From an uncultured Pseudomonadota bacterium (GTDB lineage: Bacteria; Vulcanimicrobiota; Vulcanimicrobiia; Eremiobacterales; Eremiobacteraceae), in contig CAVTNB010000003.1 in assembly GCA_963736005.1 (NCBI GenBank), forward strand, positions 32,001 through 96,000: a stretch of DNA of 64,000 nt, read 5' to 3'. Position 1 is the stretch's first letter. Each line of letters opens with the position of its first letter. Positions 50,206 through 60,072 of the stretch are shown in pieces. The notes under the pieces are model-generated. The model did no database searches, was not told the origin of the DNA, and saw only the letters and a list, made by a program, of their open reading frames with translations. A program made the translations under genes and the position numbers.

Positions 50206-50276
50206 AGCGGACCTAAAGGTCCGCTGCTACATGGGCGACTTTACCGCCGCCCGCTACGTGACCGCTGCTGCACTAC
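50206..50276 (-). repeat. Composite REP cluster (A + B' + half unit), near-copy of 13746-13811
   Basis: agcggacctaaaggtccgctgctac-atgggcgactttaccgccgcccgctac-gtgaccgctgctgc-actac. Confidence 0.85.
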
Positions 50277-51287
50277 TTCTGGGTGCAGAGGCGAATGATG
50301 ACTTCTTCGAGCGCCTGGTCCGCGATGCGCTTGCCCGTCATTGAGTCCTCGAGTGCCTTCATCGTCAGCCGCACGTTGTCGCGCGACTGCTGGGGCGAAC
50401 GTTTGCGGGCCAAATCCCAGAGCTTCATGGCGCGAAACGGGGACTGGCCGGTTGCAGCCGCCCAGCTATTCGGATTAGCGCCATTGGCGAGCTCCCACGC
50501 GATTTGGGCGTCGCCAGCGAGCCATATCAACGGGCCGGTCGCATCTTCGGGCTTCGCGACCATCTCGTGCGAGATCCGGAGGGCAGCCTGGAGGTCGCCG
50601 CGCCCCACGGCATTGCCCAAATCCCACAGTTTGGGATCCCCGGGCGGCTTCACATATTCTTCCGCCGCCGATTTCGTGATTTTCTTTGCAATCAGCGCCA
50701 AGCGATCGAGGGCGTTGCGTATTTCATACGCACTGTCAAACGCTGCGAGATAGCGCTTAGCTCCCGCGTCCACGCTGGTACCGATCGACTTCGAATACTC
50801 CTCAATGTACCGCTCTCGCTCCGGCTCGTCCAAGGTTGTGTTGATGAAGAGCGACACCCGGACCGCGGCTTGCAAATCCGATGGAATCGACCTTGTCTTT
50901 GGGGGCCTTGCCTCGCTGCGGCTTGGGCTCGCCGGAATCGTCGATGACGAGCAGAGCCTCCTCGCCGATGTTCTCGGGGATGGCGTCGCGCAAAGCTATA
51001 CGGTCATCATTGCGCAGGTCGGCGGCACCGCGGATGGTCACGATTCGGCGCGAAGCCAAAAACGGCAGTGCGCTCAATTTTTCGCTCAGCGTAGAATAAT
51101 CTTCCGTTGTTGTCGCGTCCAGCGTGTCGACATTGAGCGGGCGCAGCGACTCATCCGGCAGCACAGTCTCAACGATGCGCCGCAGCACATCGTCGGCGAG
51201 CATGTGCTCCTTCCCAGCGATAACGACAAGACCCGGCAGTCGCGTGGGCGGCGAAGCCACGAACTGAAGGTATCCTATGCGCGACAT
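50273..51287 (-). CDS. holA: DNA polymerase III subunit delta, +1 frameshift near 50860
   Basis: IAGKEHML, LPFLASRRIVTIRGA in the first frame. IRNALDRLAL, LWDLGNAV and K.G..IADQALE.VIIRLC in the second frame. Confidence 0.72.
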
Positions 51288-51301
51288 CGCCGCAACTGGA
51301 C

Positions 51302-52412
51302 TCACGATCGCACCCTGTTCGAGATCGGTTCAGATCGCAGCATCGCATCGATCGCTTTGGTGAACGGCGGCGTCAGCACGCCGCGCTCCGTGACAATCGC
51401 GGCGATGTACTCAGCAGGCGTCACGTCAAACGCGGGGTTGGCGACGACGGTACCGTGCGGAGCGGAACGCACCCCGCCGAAGCTCGTCACTTCGTGAGGA
51501 CTGCGTTCTTCGATGACGATGTCAGCTACCGGTTGCGATCGCAGGGTCGAAGGTTGAGACGGGTGCCGCCACGATGAATGGTAACCCAAAAGTCCTGGCG
51601 GCGAGCGCCAGACCAAACGTTCCGATCTTGTTTGCGGTATCTCCGTTGCGAGCGATTCGATCGGCGCCAACGATGACCGCGTCGATCTCTTTGCGTTGCA
51701 TGAAGTGAGCGGCCATGTTGTCGGCGATGAGCGTGTGAGGAATGCCGTCCTGCTGCAGCTCCCACACCGTCAAGCGAGCACCCTGAAGCAGAGGTCTCGT
51801 CTCGTCGACGAAGACCCGTTCGATCTTGCCGGCTTTCCAGGCCGAGCGGATGATGCCGAGTGCGGTGCCGTAACCACCGGTCGCAAGGTCGCCAGTGTTG
51901 CAATGCGTGAGCACTCGCAGGCGTTCTTTGGACGCGAGCACATTCGCACGATGTTCTGCGAGGAAAGCGACGCCATAGTCGCCGATGCGACGGCATGCCG
52001 CGATATCATCCTGATGAATCGCCGCAGCAGATTCGTCGAGCGCACTCGCGATCGACTCGTGTGACGCGCCCGCCTTCAATTTGGTTTGCGCTATCCCCAG
52101 CTGGCGGTTGACCGCCCAGCCAAGGTTGACCGCGGTTGGTCGAGCCGCCGCGAGCCCCGCAGCCGCCTGCTCGAGCTTGTGAAGGAAAGTGTGGCCATCA
52201 AGTTTTCGCGCGGCAAGCTCGTGAGCTTCGATTGCCATTGCATAGGCCGCTGCGATGCCGATTGCCGGGGCACCGCGCACCCGCAGCGCTTTGATGGCGG
52301 CGGCCACTTCAGGCAACGTGCGTATTTCGACAAAGATCGTTGCTCCCGGCAGCTGCGTTTGATCGAGCAGATGGAGCACGCCTGGCCGGTAGCTGATATG
52401 CGCTGGCGTCAC
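51302..52412 (-). CDS. mtnA: S-methyl-5-thioribose-1-phosphate isomerase, +1 frameshift near 51527
   Basis: [55 protein letters not shown]. The C-terminal IEER...NPAFDVTP is in the +1 frame. GTG at 52412 is in frame with ribH. Confidence 0.92.
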
Positions 52413-52423
52413 TGTCGCTTTCC

Positions 52424-52451
52424 CGCGCGCGAATAAATTCGCGCGACTACA
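52424..52451 (-). repeat. REP family C at the ribH/mtnA junction
   Basis: cgcgcgcgaataaattcgcgcgactaca. Confidence 0.85.
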
Positions 52452-52901
52452 TCGCAGGGAGGCCATGTGGAGAGCACTTTGCGCCGCTTCGTAGCCTTTG
52501 TTACCGCCATCATGCGCACCGGTGTGGTGGGCTTGCCCTCGTGCCGCTTCTACCGATCGTGCCTGCGCTTGTTCCACATTTTCAGTCGTGAGCACGCCGA
52601 AGATCACCGGCACACCGGTTTGCAGCGCAACTTGGGCGATGCCGCGCGCCGCTTCGCCCGCGACGTATTCAAAATGTGGAGTTTGTCCGCGGATGACGCA
52701 CCCCAAGCAGACGATCGCGTCGTAGCGCCCCGACTCGGCCAGCCATAACGCCGTCACAGGAAGCTCAAAAGAGCCGGGTACCTCGACGACCTCAACATCG
52801 CGCTTGGCAACGCGCGCATCATCGAACGCGCGTTGCGCGCCGCTGAGCAGCCTTTTGGTGATTTCGTCGTTGAACAGTGCGCGGACGATGGCAAAGCGCA
52901 C
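52447..52901 (-). CDS. ribH: 6,7-dimethyl-8-ribityllumazine synthase (no in-frame stop; reads into mtnA)
   Basis: VPGSFELP, LGCVIRGQTPHFEYV, PVIFGVLT, NKGYEAA. Confidence 0.92.
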
Positions 52902-52902
52902 G

Positions 52903-54144
52903 CTACGAGCCTTTTTGGGCTTGACTCTTTGCCTTCGCGGCGTCGGCGAGGTCGATGAGGTGGCCGAGTTTGTCGCGCTTGGTCTGAAGATATGGTCCGT
53001 TAAACTCGTCGCTGTCGATGATGAGCGGCACGCGACCGATCATCTTGAGGCCATAGCCCTCCAGCCCAACGATCTTGCGTGGGTTATTTGTGATGATTTT
53101 CATCTCTCGCACGCCGAGGTCGTAAAGAATCTGCGAACCGATGCCGTAGTCGCGTTTGTCCACCGGCAGCCCAAGGCGCTCGTTGGCCTCAGCCGTATCG
53201 GCGCCCTCATCTTGCAACTCGTAAGCGCGCAACTTGTTGGCAAGCCCAATGCCGCGCCCTTCCTGGTGCAGGTATAAGAAAACGCCGCGCCCCGCTTTGG
53301 CGATGATCTGCAAGGCACCATCGCGTTGCGCCGCGCAATCGCAGCGCCGGCTCCCTAAGACGTCACCGGTGAGGCACTCCGAGTGGACTCGGACGAGGAT
53401 GTCTTTGCCGTCACCGACTTCCCCCATGACCATCGCAACGTGGCAAGCGCCATCCACGAGCGATTCGTATCCATAGCCCGTGAACTGGCCGTACCGCGTT
53501 GGCAGCTTAAATGTTGCGATGCGTTGCACGAGTTTCTCGTGACGCATGCGATAGGCGATGAGATCTTTGACGGTAATGAGCTTGAGATTGTGTTCGGCGC
53601 CAAAGCGCTCCAGAGCAGCCCTGCGCATCATCGTGCCGTCGTCCGCCAGAATCTCACAGATGATCCCGGCCGGGTACAAACCAGCTAGCCGGGCGAGATC
53701 GACCGCCGCTTCGGTCTGACCTGCGCGAACGAGCACGCCGCCGTCGCGAGCGCGCAGCGGAAAGGTATGGCCAGGGCAAATGAAATCGCTGGGCTTGGCA
53801 CGCGGGTCGAGCAGCGCGTTGATTGTCGCCGCGCGGTCGTGCGCGGAGATACCGGTTGTCGTTCGGCTTTTCGCTTCGATTGAAACGGTGAACGCGGTTT
53901 CCAGCCTTGAGGTGTTTTCCACGACCATCATGGGAATATGCAATTCGTCAAGCCGCTTGCCGATGATCGGAACGCAGATCAATCCGCGGCCGTATTTGGT
54001 CATGAAGTTGATCGCTTCCGGCGTGACCATCTGAGCGGCCATGGTCAGATCGCCTTCGTTCTCGCGATCCTCATCGTCCATGACGATGACCATGGAGCCG
54101 GAACGGATGTCGGCGATGGCTTCTTCGATTGTTGCGAGCGGCAT
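52903..54144 (-). CDS. ribBA: Bifunctional DHBP synthase / GTP cyclohydrolase II
   Basis: DDEDRENEGD, TTGISAHDR, RAGQTEA, RVHSECLTGD..GS.RCDC, QEGRGIGL.NK. Confidence 0.97.
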   Translation of the reverse strand: MPLATIEEAIADIRSGSMVIVMDDEDRENEGDLTMAAQMVTPEAINFMTKYGRGLICVPIIGKRLDELHIPMMVVENTSRLETAFTVSIEAKSRTTTGISAHDRAATINALLDPRAKPSDFICPGHTFPLRARDGGVLVRAGQTEAAVDLARLAGLYPAGIICEILADDGTMMRRAALERFGAEHNLKLITVKDLIAYRMRHEKLVQRIATFKLPTRYGQFTGYGYESLVDGACHVAMVMGEVGDGKDILVRVHSECLTGDVLGSRRCDCAAQRDGALQIIAKAGRGVFLYLHQEGRGIGLANKLRAYELQDEGADTAEANERLGLPVDKRDYGIGSQILYDLGVREMKIITNNPRKIVGLEGYGLKMIGRVPLIIDSDEFNGPYLQTKRDKLGHLIDLADAAKAKSQAQKGS

Positions 54145-54145
54145 G

Positions 54146-54769
54146 CTAACCTCGGTGTGGGCGCCGGGCGCGAGAGGCGCGGGCGCGATTCTCCAGTTGG
54201 ACCGCCACGTAGCGGGCAACGGGGTCGACTTCTATATTTAAGGAAAGGCCGACGTCTTTCCGCCCCAAGGTTGTGCGTTTTAGCGTTTCCGGTATCAGGG
54301 CCACGGCGAATTGCCTGGCTTCGACCTGCGCCACCGTGAGACTGACGCCGTCAAGGCTCACGTATCCCTTCTCAACGATCATCCGCTCGAGGCCTCGCGG
54401 TACGGCGCACCACAAGCGATAGCCCTGTCCCTCCGGGTCTTTGCTTAAAATCTTCGTCGTCGTATCAACGTGCCCATAGACCATGTGGCCGCCGACTTGG
54501 TCGCCGAGCCGCAGACTTGGCTCGAGATTCACGAGGTCTCCCACCTTTAGAGTTCCGAGATTGCTCCGAGCCAACGTCTCCGGAATCACGTCGAATGCAA
54601 GCCTTGCACCACTGCGAGTGACGGTGAGGCAGACGCCGTTGATCGCAATGCTGTCGCCTTCTACAATACCGTGGAGCTCTTGCGGCTTCTCGATGGCAAG
54701 CTCGATGCCGCCTTTGCCCGGCGTCACCTTTTTGACTACAGCAAGATTGAAGATCAAACCGGTGAACAT
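54146..54769 (-). CDS. ribE: Riboflavin synthase (alpha type)
   Basis: MFTGL, GDSIAINGVCLTV, VNLE, GGHMVYGHVD, DGVSLTV. Confidence 0.95.
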   Translation of the reverse strand: MFTGLIFNLAVVKKVTPGKGGIELAIEKPQELHGIVEGDSIAINGVCLTVTRSGARLAFDVIPETLARSNLGTLKVGDLVNLEPSLRLGDQVGGHMVYGHVDTTTKILSKDPEGQGYRLWCAVPRGLERMIVEKGYVSLDGVSLTVAQVEARQFAVALIPETLKRTTLGRKDVGLSLNIEVDPVARYVAVQLENRARASRARRPHRG

Positions 54770-55858
54770 CTATCGTTTCACCCGCGCGGTTACGAGCACA
54801 TCGTCTCCTAAGCGTTTGACTGCGTTAATGTGTAATGCGAGATCGTAGGCGCCGTTACCGACTACCGGAACCGCTTCCTCAGCGTTAAGCACGATCGGGG
54901 CGATGAGCCACCAAAGCTCGTCGAGATGCCGACCAGCAAGCAGCGACCCAGCGAGTGTTGGTCCGCCTTCGCATAAGACCGAGAGAATATTTTGTGCACC
55001 AAGTTTGCTCAGCAGGTCACCGAGATCGACTCTATCGTTCTCCGAGCGGGCGCACTCCAGCACGGCAACGCCGCGTTTGATCAATCCTTCGCGGACTGCT
55101 CCAGGCATTTGGTTGGTCGTCGCAACGATTGTTCTAAACCGCGCCTGATCTTTGATTGCTCGCGCCCGCATCGGAATGCGACCTTTTGCGTCCACGATCA
55201 CTCTCGTGTAAGGAACGGCTCGCGGCTTGAAGGGACGAACTGTCAATTGCGGATCGTCGATCAAAATGGTTCCGACCCCAACCATGACGGCGTCGTGCTC
55301 GAAGCGAAGCTTGCGTACGAAGTTTGAGGCCCGCTTGCCAGAGAGTTGCCGGCGTTCGCCGGGACGCGACGCAATCGTTCCGTTGAGGCTTTGCGCCATC
55401 TTCAACGTAACAAACGGTAAGCCGGTCGTGCGGTGCCGCAGGTACATTCGATTGGCGTGCGTCGCCTCGTCCGCTTCCATGCCGACTGAAACCTCGATCC
55501 CGCTGTCGCGAAGGCTCGTGTGACCAGCTCCCGCTACCCGGGGATCTGGATCTGCAAGCGCGCTCACCACTTTCGAAATGCCCGCGGCTTTGATGGCATC
55601 CACGCACGGTGGCGTTCGACCCTGATGGACGCACGGCTCGAGCGTCACGTACAGTGTTCCGCCGCGGGCGCGCTCGCCCGCTTGCCGCAAAGCGACAACC
55701 TCCGCATGGTCGGCCCCGGCCTTTTCATGATAGCCGGCGCCGACGACGTTGCCGCTCGGGTCGACAACGACCGCTCCGACCAGCGGATTGGGGCTGGTGT
55801 TGCCCAACCCGCTTTGCGCCAATTTTAGCGCTTGGCGCATGAACCGCTCGTCACCCAC
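54770..55858 (-). CDS. ribD: Bifunctional deaminase/reductase RibD
   Basis: PNPLVGAV, HAE, TLEPC.H.GRTPPC, DDPQLTVR, EGGPTL. GAGGAGG RBS before GTG at 55858. Confidence 0.96.
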   Translation of the reverse strand: MGDERFMRQALKLAQSGLGNTSPNPLVGAVVVDPSGNVVGAGYHEKAGADHAEVVALRQAGERARGGTLYVTLEPCVHQGRTPPCVDAIKAAGISKVVSALADPDPRVAGAGHTSLRDSGIEVSVGMEADEATHANRMYLRHRTTGLPFVTLKMAQSLNGTIASRPGERRQLSGKRASNFVRKLRFEHDAVMVGVGTILIDDPQLTVRPFKPRAVPYTRVIVDAKGRIPMRARAIKDQARFRTIVATTNQMPGAVREGLIKRGVAVLECARSENDRVDLGDLLSKLGAQNILSVLCEGGPTLAGSLLAGRHLDELWWLIAPIVLNAEEAVPVVGNGAYDLALHINAVKRLGDDVLVTARVKR

Positions 55859-55911
55859 GCCGAGAACCCTCCTCACTTGACCCGATCGCCCGTCAACGTG
55901 ATGATTGCATC

Positions 55912-56556
55912 GTGCTCTCTTTTGCACTTCAACGTTGCACTCAGGTTTTCGACACCATGGTTCCCGTTCGCTGCGCCATGTGCGGGACTCACGGCGCCCA
56001 CCTCTGTGACAATTGCCGAAAGGATCTTGAAGCTCTCCCGCTGGTTCATCGCTCTGAGCGATCGGAGGCGCCGAATATCGCGGCCCTCGGCGCTTATACG
56101 GGACCGTTGCGCGCGGCAGTGCTCAGCCTGAAATTTCGCAATCGAAAAAGCGCTGCCACGCTTTTGGGATATGTGCTCGGCAAGAAGCTTCGCACGAGCG
56201 TTGATGCAGTGATTCCCGTTCCGTTGCACCCCAGTCGGCTGCTCGCCCGAGGATTCAATCAGGCGCACTTCATTGGCATCGGTGTGGCATCTGCGCTGAA
56301 CGCCCCTCTTGTTTGCGAGGCGCTCGCGCGCGTCAAGGCAACGCATGCGCAGAGCTCTCTGGGTCTCACCGAGCGCACAGTGAACGTTGGCAACGCCTTC
56401 GCACCGGCACCGGATGCCTATCGGTTGAACCAAACGTGCGTCATGCTCGTCGATGACGTTGTGACAACGGGAGCAACAATCACCGCGTGTGCTCGCGCTC
56501 TTCGAATCGCCGGCGTCAAGGATGTTTACGGCAGCGCTTTGGCGATCAAAATGTAA
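55912..56556 (+). CDS. comF: ComF family protein (zinc ribbon + PRT domain)
   Basis: CAMC..LCDNC, PVPLHPSR..RGFNQA, LVDDVVTTGATI. Confidence 0.92.
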   Translation: MLSFALQRCTQVFDTMVPVRCAMCGTHGAHLCDNCRKDLEALPLVHRSERSEAPNIAALGAYTGPLRAAVLSLKFRNRKSAATLLGYVLGKKLRTSVDAVIPVPLHPSRLLARGFNQAHFIGIGVASALNAPLVCEALARVKATHAQSSLGLTERTVNVGNAFAPAPDAYRLNQTCVMLVDDVVTTGATITACARALRIAGVKDVYGSALAIKM

Positions 56557-56562
56557 GCGTGG

Positions 56563-57573
56563 CTACGGGGGCGATTCGAAAATCGCGCTCCCTATTCGCG
56601 TGCCACCGCCGTACTCACCGCCCTGGATCACTGCGCCGTCTGCAACCGCGACATCGTTCCCCAACACAGCGTCCCTGATGCTCGCGCCCGCACCGACGCG
56701 GACTCCTTGCCATAGAATCGAAGAGACCAGCTGTGCGCCGTCTTCGAGGGTGCATCTGGCTCCGATGCACGTCGGACCTGTGATAGTCGCTTTTGGCGAA
56801 ATATTGGAGCCCGCTCCAATGAGCACATGATGTGCGATCCGCGCGCCATCGGGCGGTGCAAGCGCAATTCGCCCCTCCAACGCGTCGCGGTGGACCCTGC
56901 GATATTCACCGGGCGTGCCAATGTCACACCAGTAACCTTGCTGATGCATTCCGTAGAACGCAGCTTTGGCGGTCAACAGCTCCGGAAAAACCTGCTTGCC
57001 AAAATCGTAGAATGTTTTCTGCGGAATGCGCTCCAGCAGCCGAGGCTCGAAAATGTAGATGCCTGTATTGGCGAGTTTGCTTCGTTCGGTGCCACGGGGG
57101 GGCTTTTCTTGAAACTCCACAATGCGACCCAACGAGTCGACAATGACGGCCCCATACTGCGAGACATCTGCCACTTCGGTCAAGACAATCGTCGCCTCGG
57201 CTTTGCGGGCTCGATGAAATTCCAATGCAGCGGTTAAGTCAAGGTTCGTCACGTCATCACAGCCGATGACGACAAAGGTCTCCGAGAAACGGTCGGCCAC
57301 CGCACGAACAGCGCCCGCGCTGCCCATTAATTCCGGCTCGCGAAGATAGCTGATGCGAACGCCTAAGCCGGATCCGTCGCCGGCGTACGAGGTGACTGCC
57401 TCCGGAAAGTAGTGGACGTTGACGACGAGATCGTCGACTCCGAAATCCCGCAAGTACTCCGTAACATGGCCTAAGACGGGCCGGTCGAGCACGGGAACGA
57501 GCGGCTTGGGTAAGTCGAGCGTGAGAGGATAGAGCCGGGTGGAAAGTCCACCTGCCAAGATCATACCCTTCAT
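56563..57573 (-). CDS. NDP-sugar pyrophosphorylase (mannose-1-phosphate guanylyltransferase-like) with hexapeptide repeats
   Basis: ILAGGLSTRLYPLT..PKPL, FQEKP, NTGIYIFEP, YWCDIGTP. Confidence 0.9.
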   Translation of the reverse strand: MKGMILAGGLSTRLYPLTLDLPKPLVPVLDRPVLGHVTEYLRDFGVDDLVVNVHYFPEAVTSYAGDGSGLGVRISYLREPELMGSAGAVRAVADRFSETFVVIGCDDVTNLDLTAALEFHRARKAEATIVLTEVADVSQYGAVIVDSLGRIVEFQEKPPRGTERSKLANTGIYIFEPRLLERIPQKTFYDFGKQVFPELLTAKAAFYGMHQQGYWCDIGTPGEYRRVHRDALEGRIALAPPDGARIAHHVLIGAGSNISPKATITGPTCIGARCTLEDGAQLVSSILWQGVRVGAGASIRDAVLGNDVAVADGAVIQGGEYGGGTRIGSAIFESPP

Positions 57574-57647
57574 CTGTGGGCGCGATTTGACGATTTGCGG
57601 TCGATGTCCGCCTCAATGGGGGCTACCTTGAGCCCAGCGCGATTATC

Positions 57648-57673
57648 GTCGCGAATGAATTCACGACACTACA
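57648..57673 (-). repeat. REP family C overlapping the glycosyltransferase stop codon
   Basis: gtcgcgaatgaattcacgacactaca. Confidence 0.75.
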
Positions 57674-58373
57674 TTTGTCGGCGTTGCCGAATCGCCTGGG
57701 CAACGACCAGCAGGGCAAACCTCGGCAACACAAGTTGCCGCCTCAAACGTTTTGGCTCTCGCGCTAGGCGATACAGCCATTCCAAACCAAGTCGGCGCAT
57801 CAAAAGCGGAGCGCGTGGCAACTTGCCTGAGAGGACGTCAAAGGTTCCACCGACGCCCATGCACACCACTGGACCGAGCCTCTCAGCGTGGGCGCGAATC
57901 CAGAACTCTTGCTGCGGAAACCCAAGTGCGACGAGAACCAACTTGGCGCCCGATGCGCGGATCTGCGCGAGAACTGAAGCTTCTTCGCTGGCTTGAAAGT
58001 AGCCATCATGAATGCCTGCGATGCGCAATCCGGAGTGCCGACTCGTCAAGGCTTCGGCGGCGCGCTCCGCCACCTTCGGTGCTCCGCCTAAAAGGAAGAC
58101 TGAGATTCCTCGCTGCGTGCAGACATCGCAAAGTCGTTCGACGAGCTCCACCCCCGGCACGCGTTCGCGGGCCGGCTGGCCCAGGATGCGCGTTGCGTAC
58201 ACGATGCCGATCGTGTCCGGCACGACGAGGTCGGCCTTATTGATCACTTCGCGGTAAGCTGGATCGCGTCGTGCGAGCATCGCCATCTCGCTGCCGAAGG
58301 TCACGACGTGGGCAAAACGGTCCGAAGCGAGCAAACCCTCAATGCGTTGTTGCGCTTCGTCCATGTCGACCAA
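57669..58373 (-). CDS. WecB/TagA/CpsF family glycosyltransferase (true start probably near 58420)
   Basis: PDTIG, ERVPGVEL, HDGYF, VALGFPQQE, GVGGTFDVLSG...RAP, LEWLYRL..EPKR. The in-frame upstream sequence IFGTRVD resembles the family N-terminus but has no canonical start. Confidence 0.9.
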   Translation of the reverse strand: MVDMDEAQQRIEGLLASDRFAHVVTFGSEMAMLARRDPAYREVINKADLVVPDTIGIVYATRILGQPARERVPGVELVERLCDVCTQRGISVFLLGGAPKVAERAAEALTSRHSGLRIAGIHDGYFQASEEASVLAQIRASGAKLVLVALGFPQQEFWIRAHAERLGPVVCMGVGGTFDVLSGKLPRAPLLMRRLGLEWLYRLAREPKRLRRQLVLPRFALLVVAQAIRQRRQM

Positions 58374-58419
58374 GTCGACACGGGTACCGAAAATCGTGCA
58401 CGTGCGCTGCGTCGTCTGA

Positions 58420-59328
58420 CTAACGGGCTGAGGCTCCCACTCCCGCGGGCAACCACCGAGCGAGGACGGAGCGCAACGCTCGCTCCTGCTCCGTCGTCAG
58501 CGGGCACAGCGGCAGCCTGCACTCCCCGACAGCAAAACCAAAGGAGCGCATGGCTGCCTTCACCGGAATGGGAGACGTTACCGCAAACAGGCCACGAAAC
58601 AGAGGCATCAACGAATGATGAATTTGAGCGGCCTTGTCGTTGTCACCCTCGGCGAATGCTTTAAGCATCAGCGCGATTTCCTTCCCCGCGACATGACTGA
58701 CAACGCTCACGACGCCGCACCCTCCGACTGCCGCGGAAGGCAATGCTAGGTAGTCGTCTCCGCTATACACGCTAAAATCACTGGGCGCGCGCGCAGCGAT
58801 CTCCGCAAGTTGATTGAGGTCGCCACTTGACTCTTTGACAGCGGCAATCTTGGCGTGCGATGCAAGCGTCACGACCGTATCTGGTAAAATGTTGATGCCG
58901 GTTCGGCCTGGGATGTTGTAGATCATGACCGGCAGGTCTGTGGCATCGGCAATTGCGGTGAAGTGCGCAATGAGTCCGGCCTGGGGAGGCTTGTTGTAGT
59001 AGGGACCAACCGCCATGAGGCCATCGACCCCGCAGGCGGCGGCTTTCTTTGCGAATTCCACCGATCGCCGGGTGTCGTTGCTTCCGACGTTGGCGATGAC
59101 CCCAATCCCGCCGCGTGCCGCTTTGACCGCAGATTGAAACAGACCAAGCTTCTCGCTGTCATCAAGCGTTGGACCTTCGCCTGTCGTGCCGGCGACGACG
59201 ACTGCAGAGGTGCCGTGTTCGGAGAGCCACGTGGTCAAGCGTGCCGCTTCGGCTTCGTTGACGCTGCCGTCGTCTCGCATCGGCGTGATCATGGCAGTGA
59301 CCACGGGCCCGAATCGACCCTGTTTCAT
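58420..59328 (-). CDS. dapA: 4-hydroxy-tetrahydrodipicolinate synthase
   Basis: AMITP, GTTGE, PYYNKP, IYNIPGRT, KESSG, YSGDD, SPIPVKAA. Confidence 0.96.
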   Translation of the reverse strand: MKQGRFGPVVTAMITPMRDDGSVNEAEAARLTTWLSEHGTSAVVVAGTTGEGPTLDDSEKLGLFQSAVKAARGGIGVIANVGSNDTRRSVEFAKKAAACGVDGLMAVGPYYNKPPQAGLIAHFTAIADATDLPVMIYNIPGRTGINILPDTVVTLASHAKIAAVKESSGDLNQLAEIAARAPSDFSVYSGDDYLALPSAAVGGCGVVSVVSHVAGKEIALMLKAFAEGDNDKAAQIHHSLMPLFRGLFAVTSPIPVKAAMRSFGFAVGECRLPLCPLTTEQERALRSVLARWLPAGVGASAR

Positions 59329-59353
59329 TCCTGCCCCCTTATCAGCATGCTAT

Positions 59354-59378
59354 GTAGCAGCGGACCTTTAGGTCCGCT
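59354..59378 (+). repeat. REP family A
   Basis: GTAGCAGCGGACCTTTAGGTCCGCT. Confidence 0.88.
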
Positions 59379-59442
59379 TTGGGTCCGCGTGAGTCGCTTA
59401 CAAGGATTCGATGAAGTTGCGGAAGTTCCGTCGTCGCCCGTA

Positions 59443-60072
59443 CTACAACGCCTGGGGCACAGCCGAGCCACGAAGCTGGCCTAGATGTTTCGTGACATTC
59501 AATGCAACGCCCGAAAGGGCAGCACCGTCGAGCTCGAATTCGCTCAAAGCGGCGTTGTCCGAGTGCACCTCGTTGAAAGCGGACACAGGTTTGCCAGAAG
59601 CCCAAAGCATGGCGAGCCGGATGATAACGTCATGCGTCACCGCAAGCAGCCTCTTCCCATACTCCGGTGCAGCCGACAGAAAGGCCGCGAGTCGGGCATT
59701 GACGTCGTACAACGACTCGCCGTCCGGGAACCGGACCTCCGCCGGGGCATTTCGCCATTGTGCCAGTAGGTGCGGCCAACGCTGCGCAACATCGCCAAGC
59801 AGCTCTCCCTCCCATTGTCCATGAGATATCTCTGTCAGGTTTGCATCCACGACCACGCGAGGACCGAGCGTCTCTGCGCAGATCCGCGCCGTTTCGAGGG
59901 AGCGTTGCAACGGGCTAGACACGATCGCGTCGATCCTATTTGTTTGCAACTGAGCGGCGAGCAATCGGGCTTGCGCAACGCCGCGCTCGGAGAGCGGAGG
60001 ATCTTGGCGGCCTTGGTAGCGGCCCTCAGCGTTCCAAATGCTCTCGCCATGCCGAGCCAAAAACAGCTTCAA
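59443..60072 (-). CDS. Histidine phosphatase, probable metal-independent phosphoserine phosphatase
   Basis: RHGES.WN..GRYQG, SSPL.R, EISHGQWEG, GES, THD; C-terminal LNVTKHLG...A.; overlaps the serA stop. Confidence 0.8.
   Translation of the reverse strand: MKLFLARHGESIWNAEGRYQGRQDPPLSERGVAQARLLAAQLQTNRIDAIVSSPLQRSLETARICAETLGPRVVVDANLTEISHGQWEGELLGDVAQRWPHLLAQWRNAPAEVRFPDGESLYDVNARLAAFLSAAPEYGKRLLAVTHDVIIRLAMLWASGKPVSAFNEVHSDNAALSEFELDGAALSGVALNVTKHLGQLRGSAVPQAL

Noticed and set aside
52505..52555. RibH loop insertion (VEAARGQAHHTGAHDGG) starting GTAGAAGCGG as a REP-A relic
   Set aside because: Only about 10 bases resemble REP-A and there is no palindrome, so it is indistinguishable from chance.
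55859..55911. Expected FMN riboswitch upstream of ribD
   Set aside because: There are only about 50 bp before the divergent comF, and no RFN consensus is visible.
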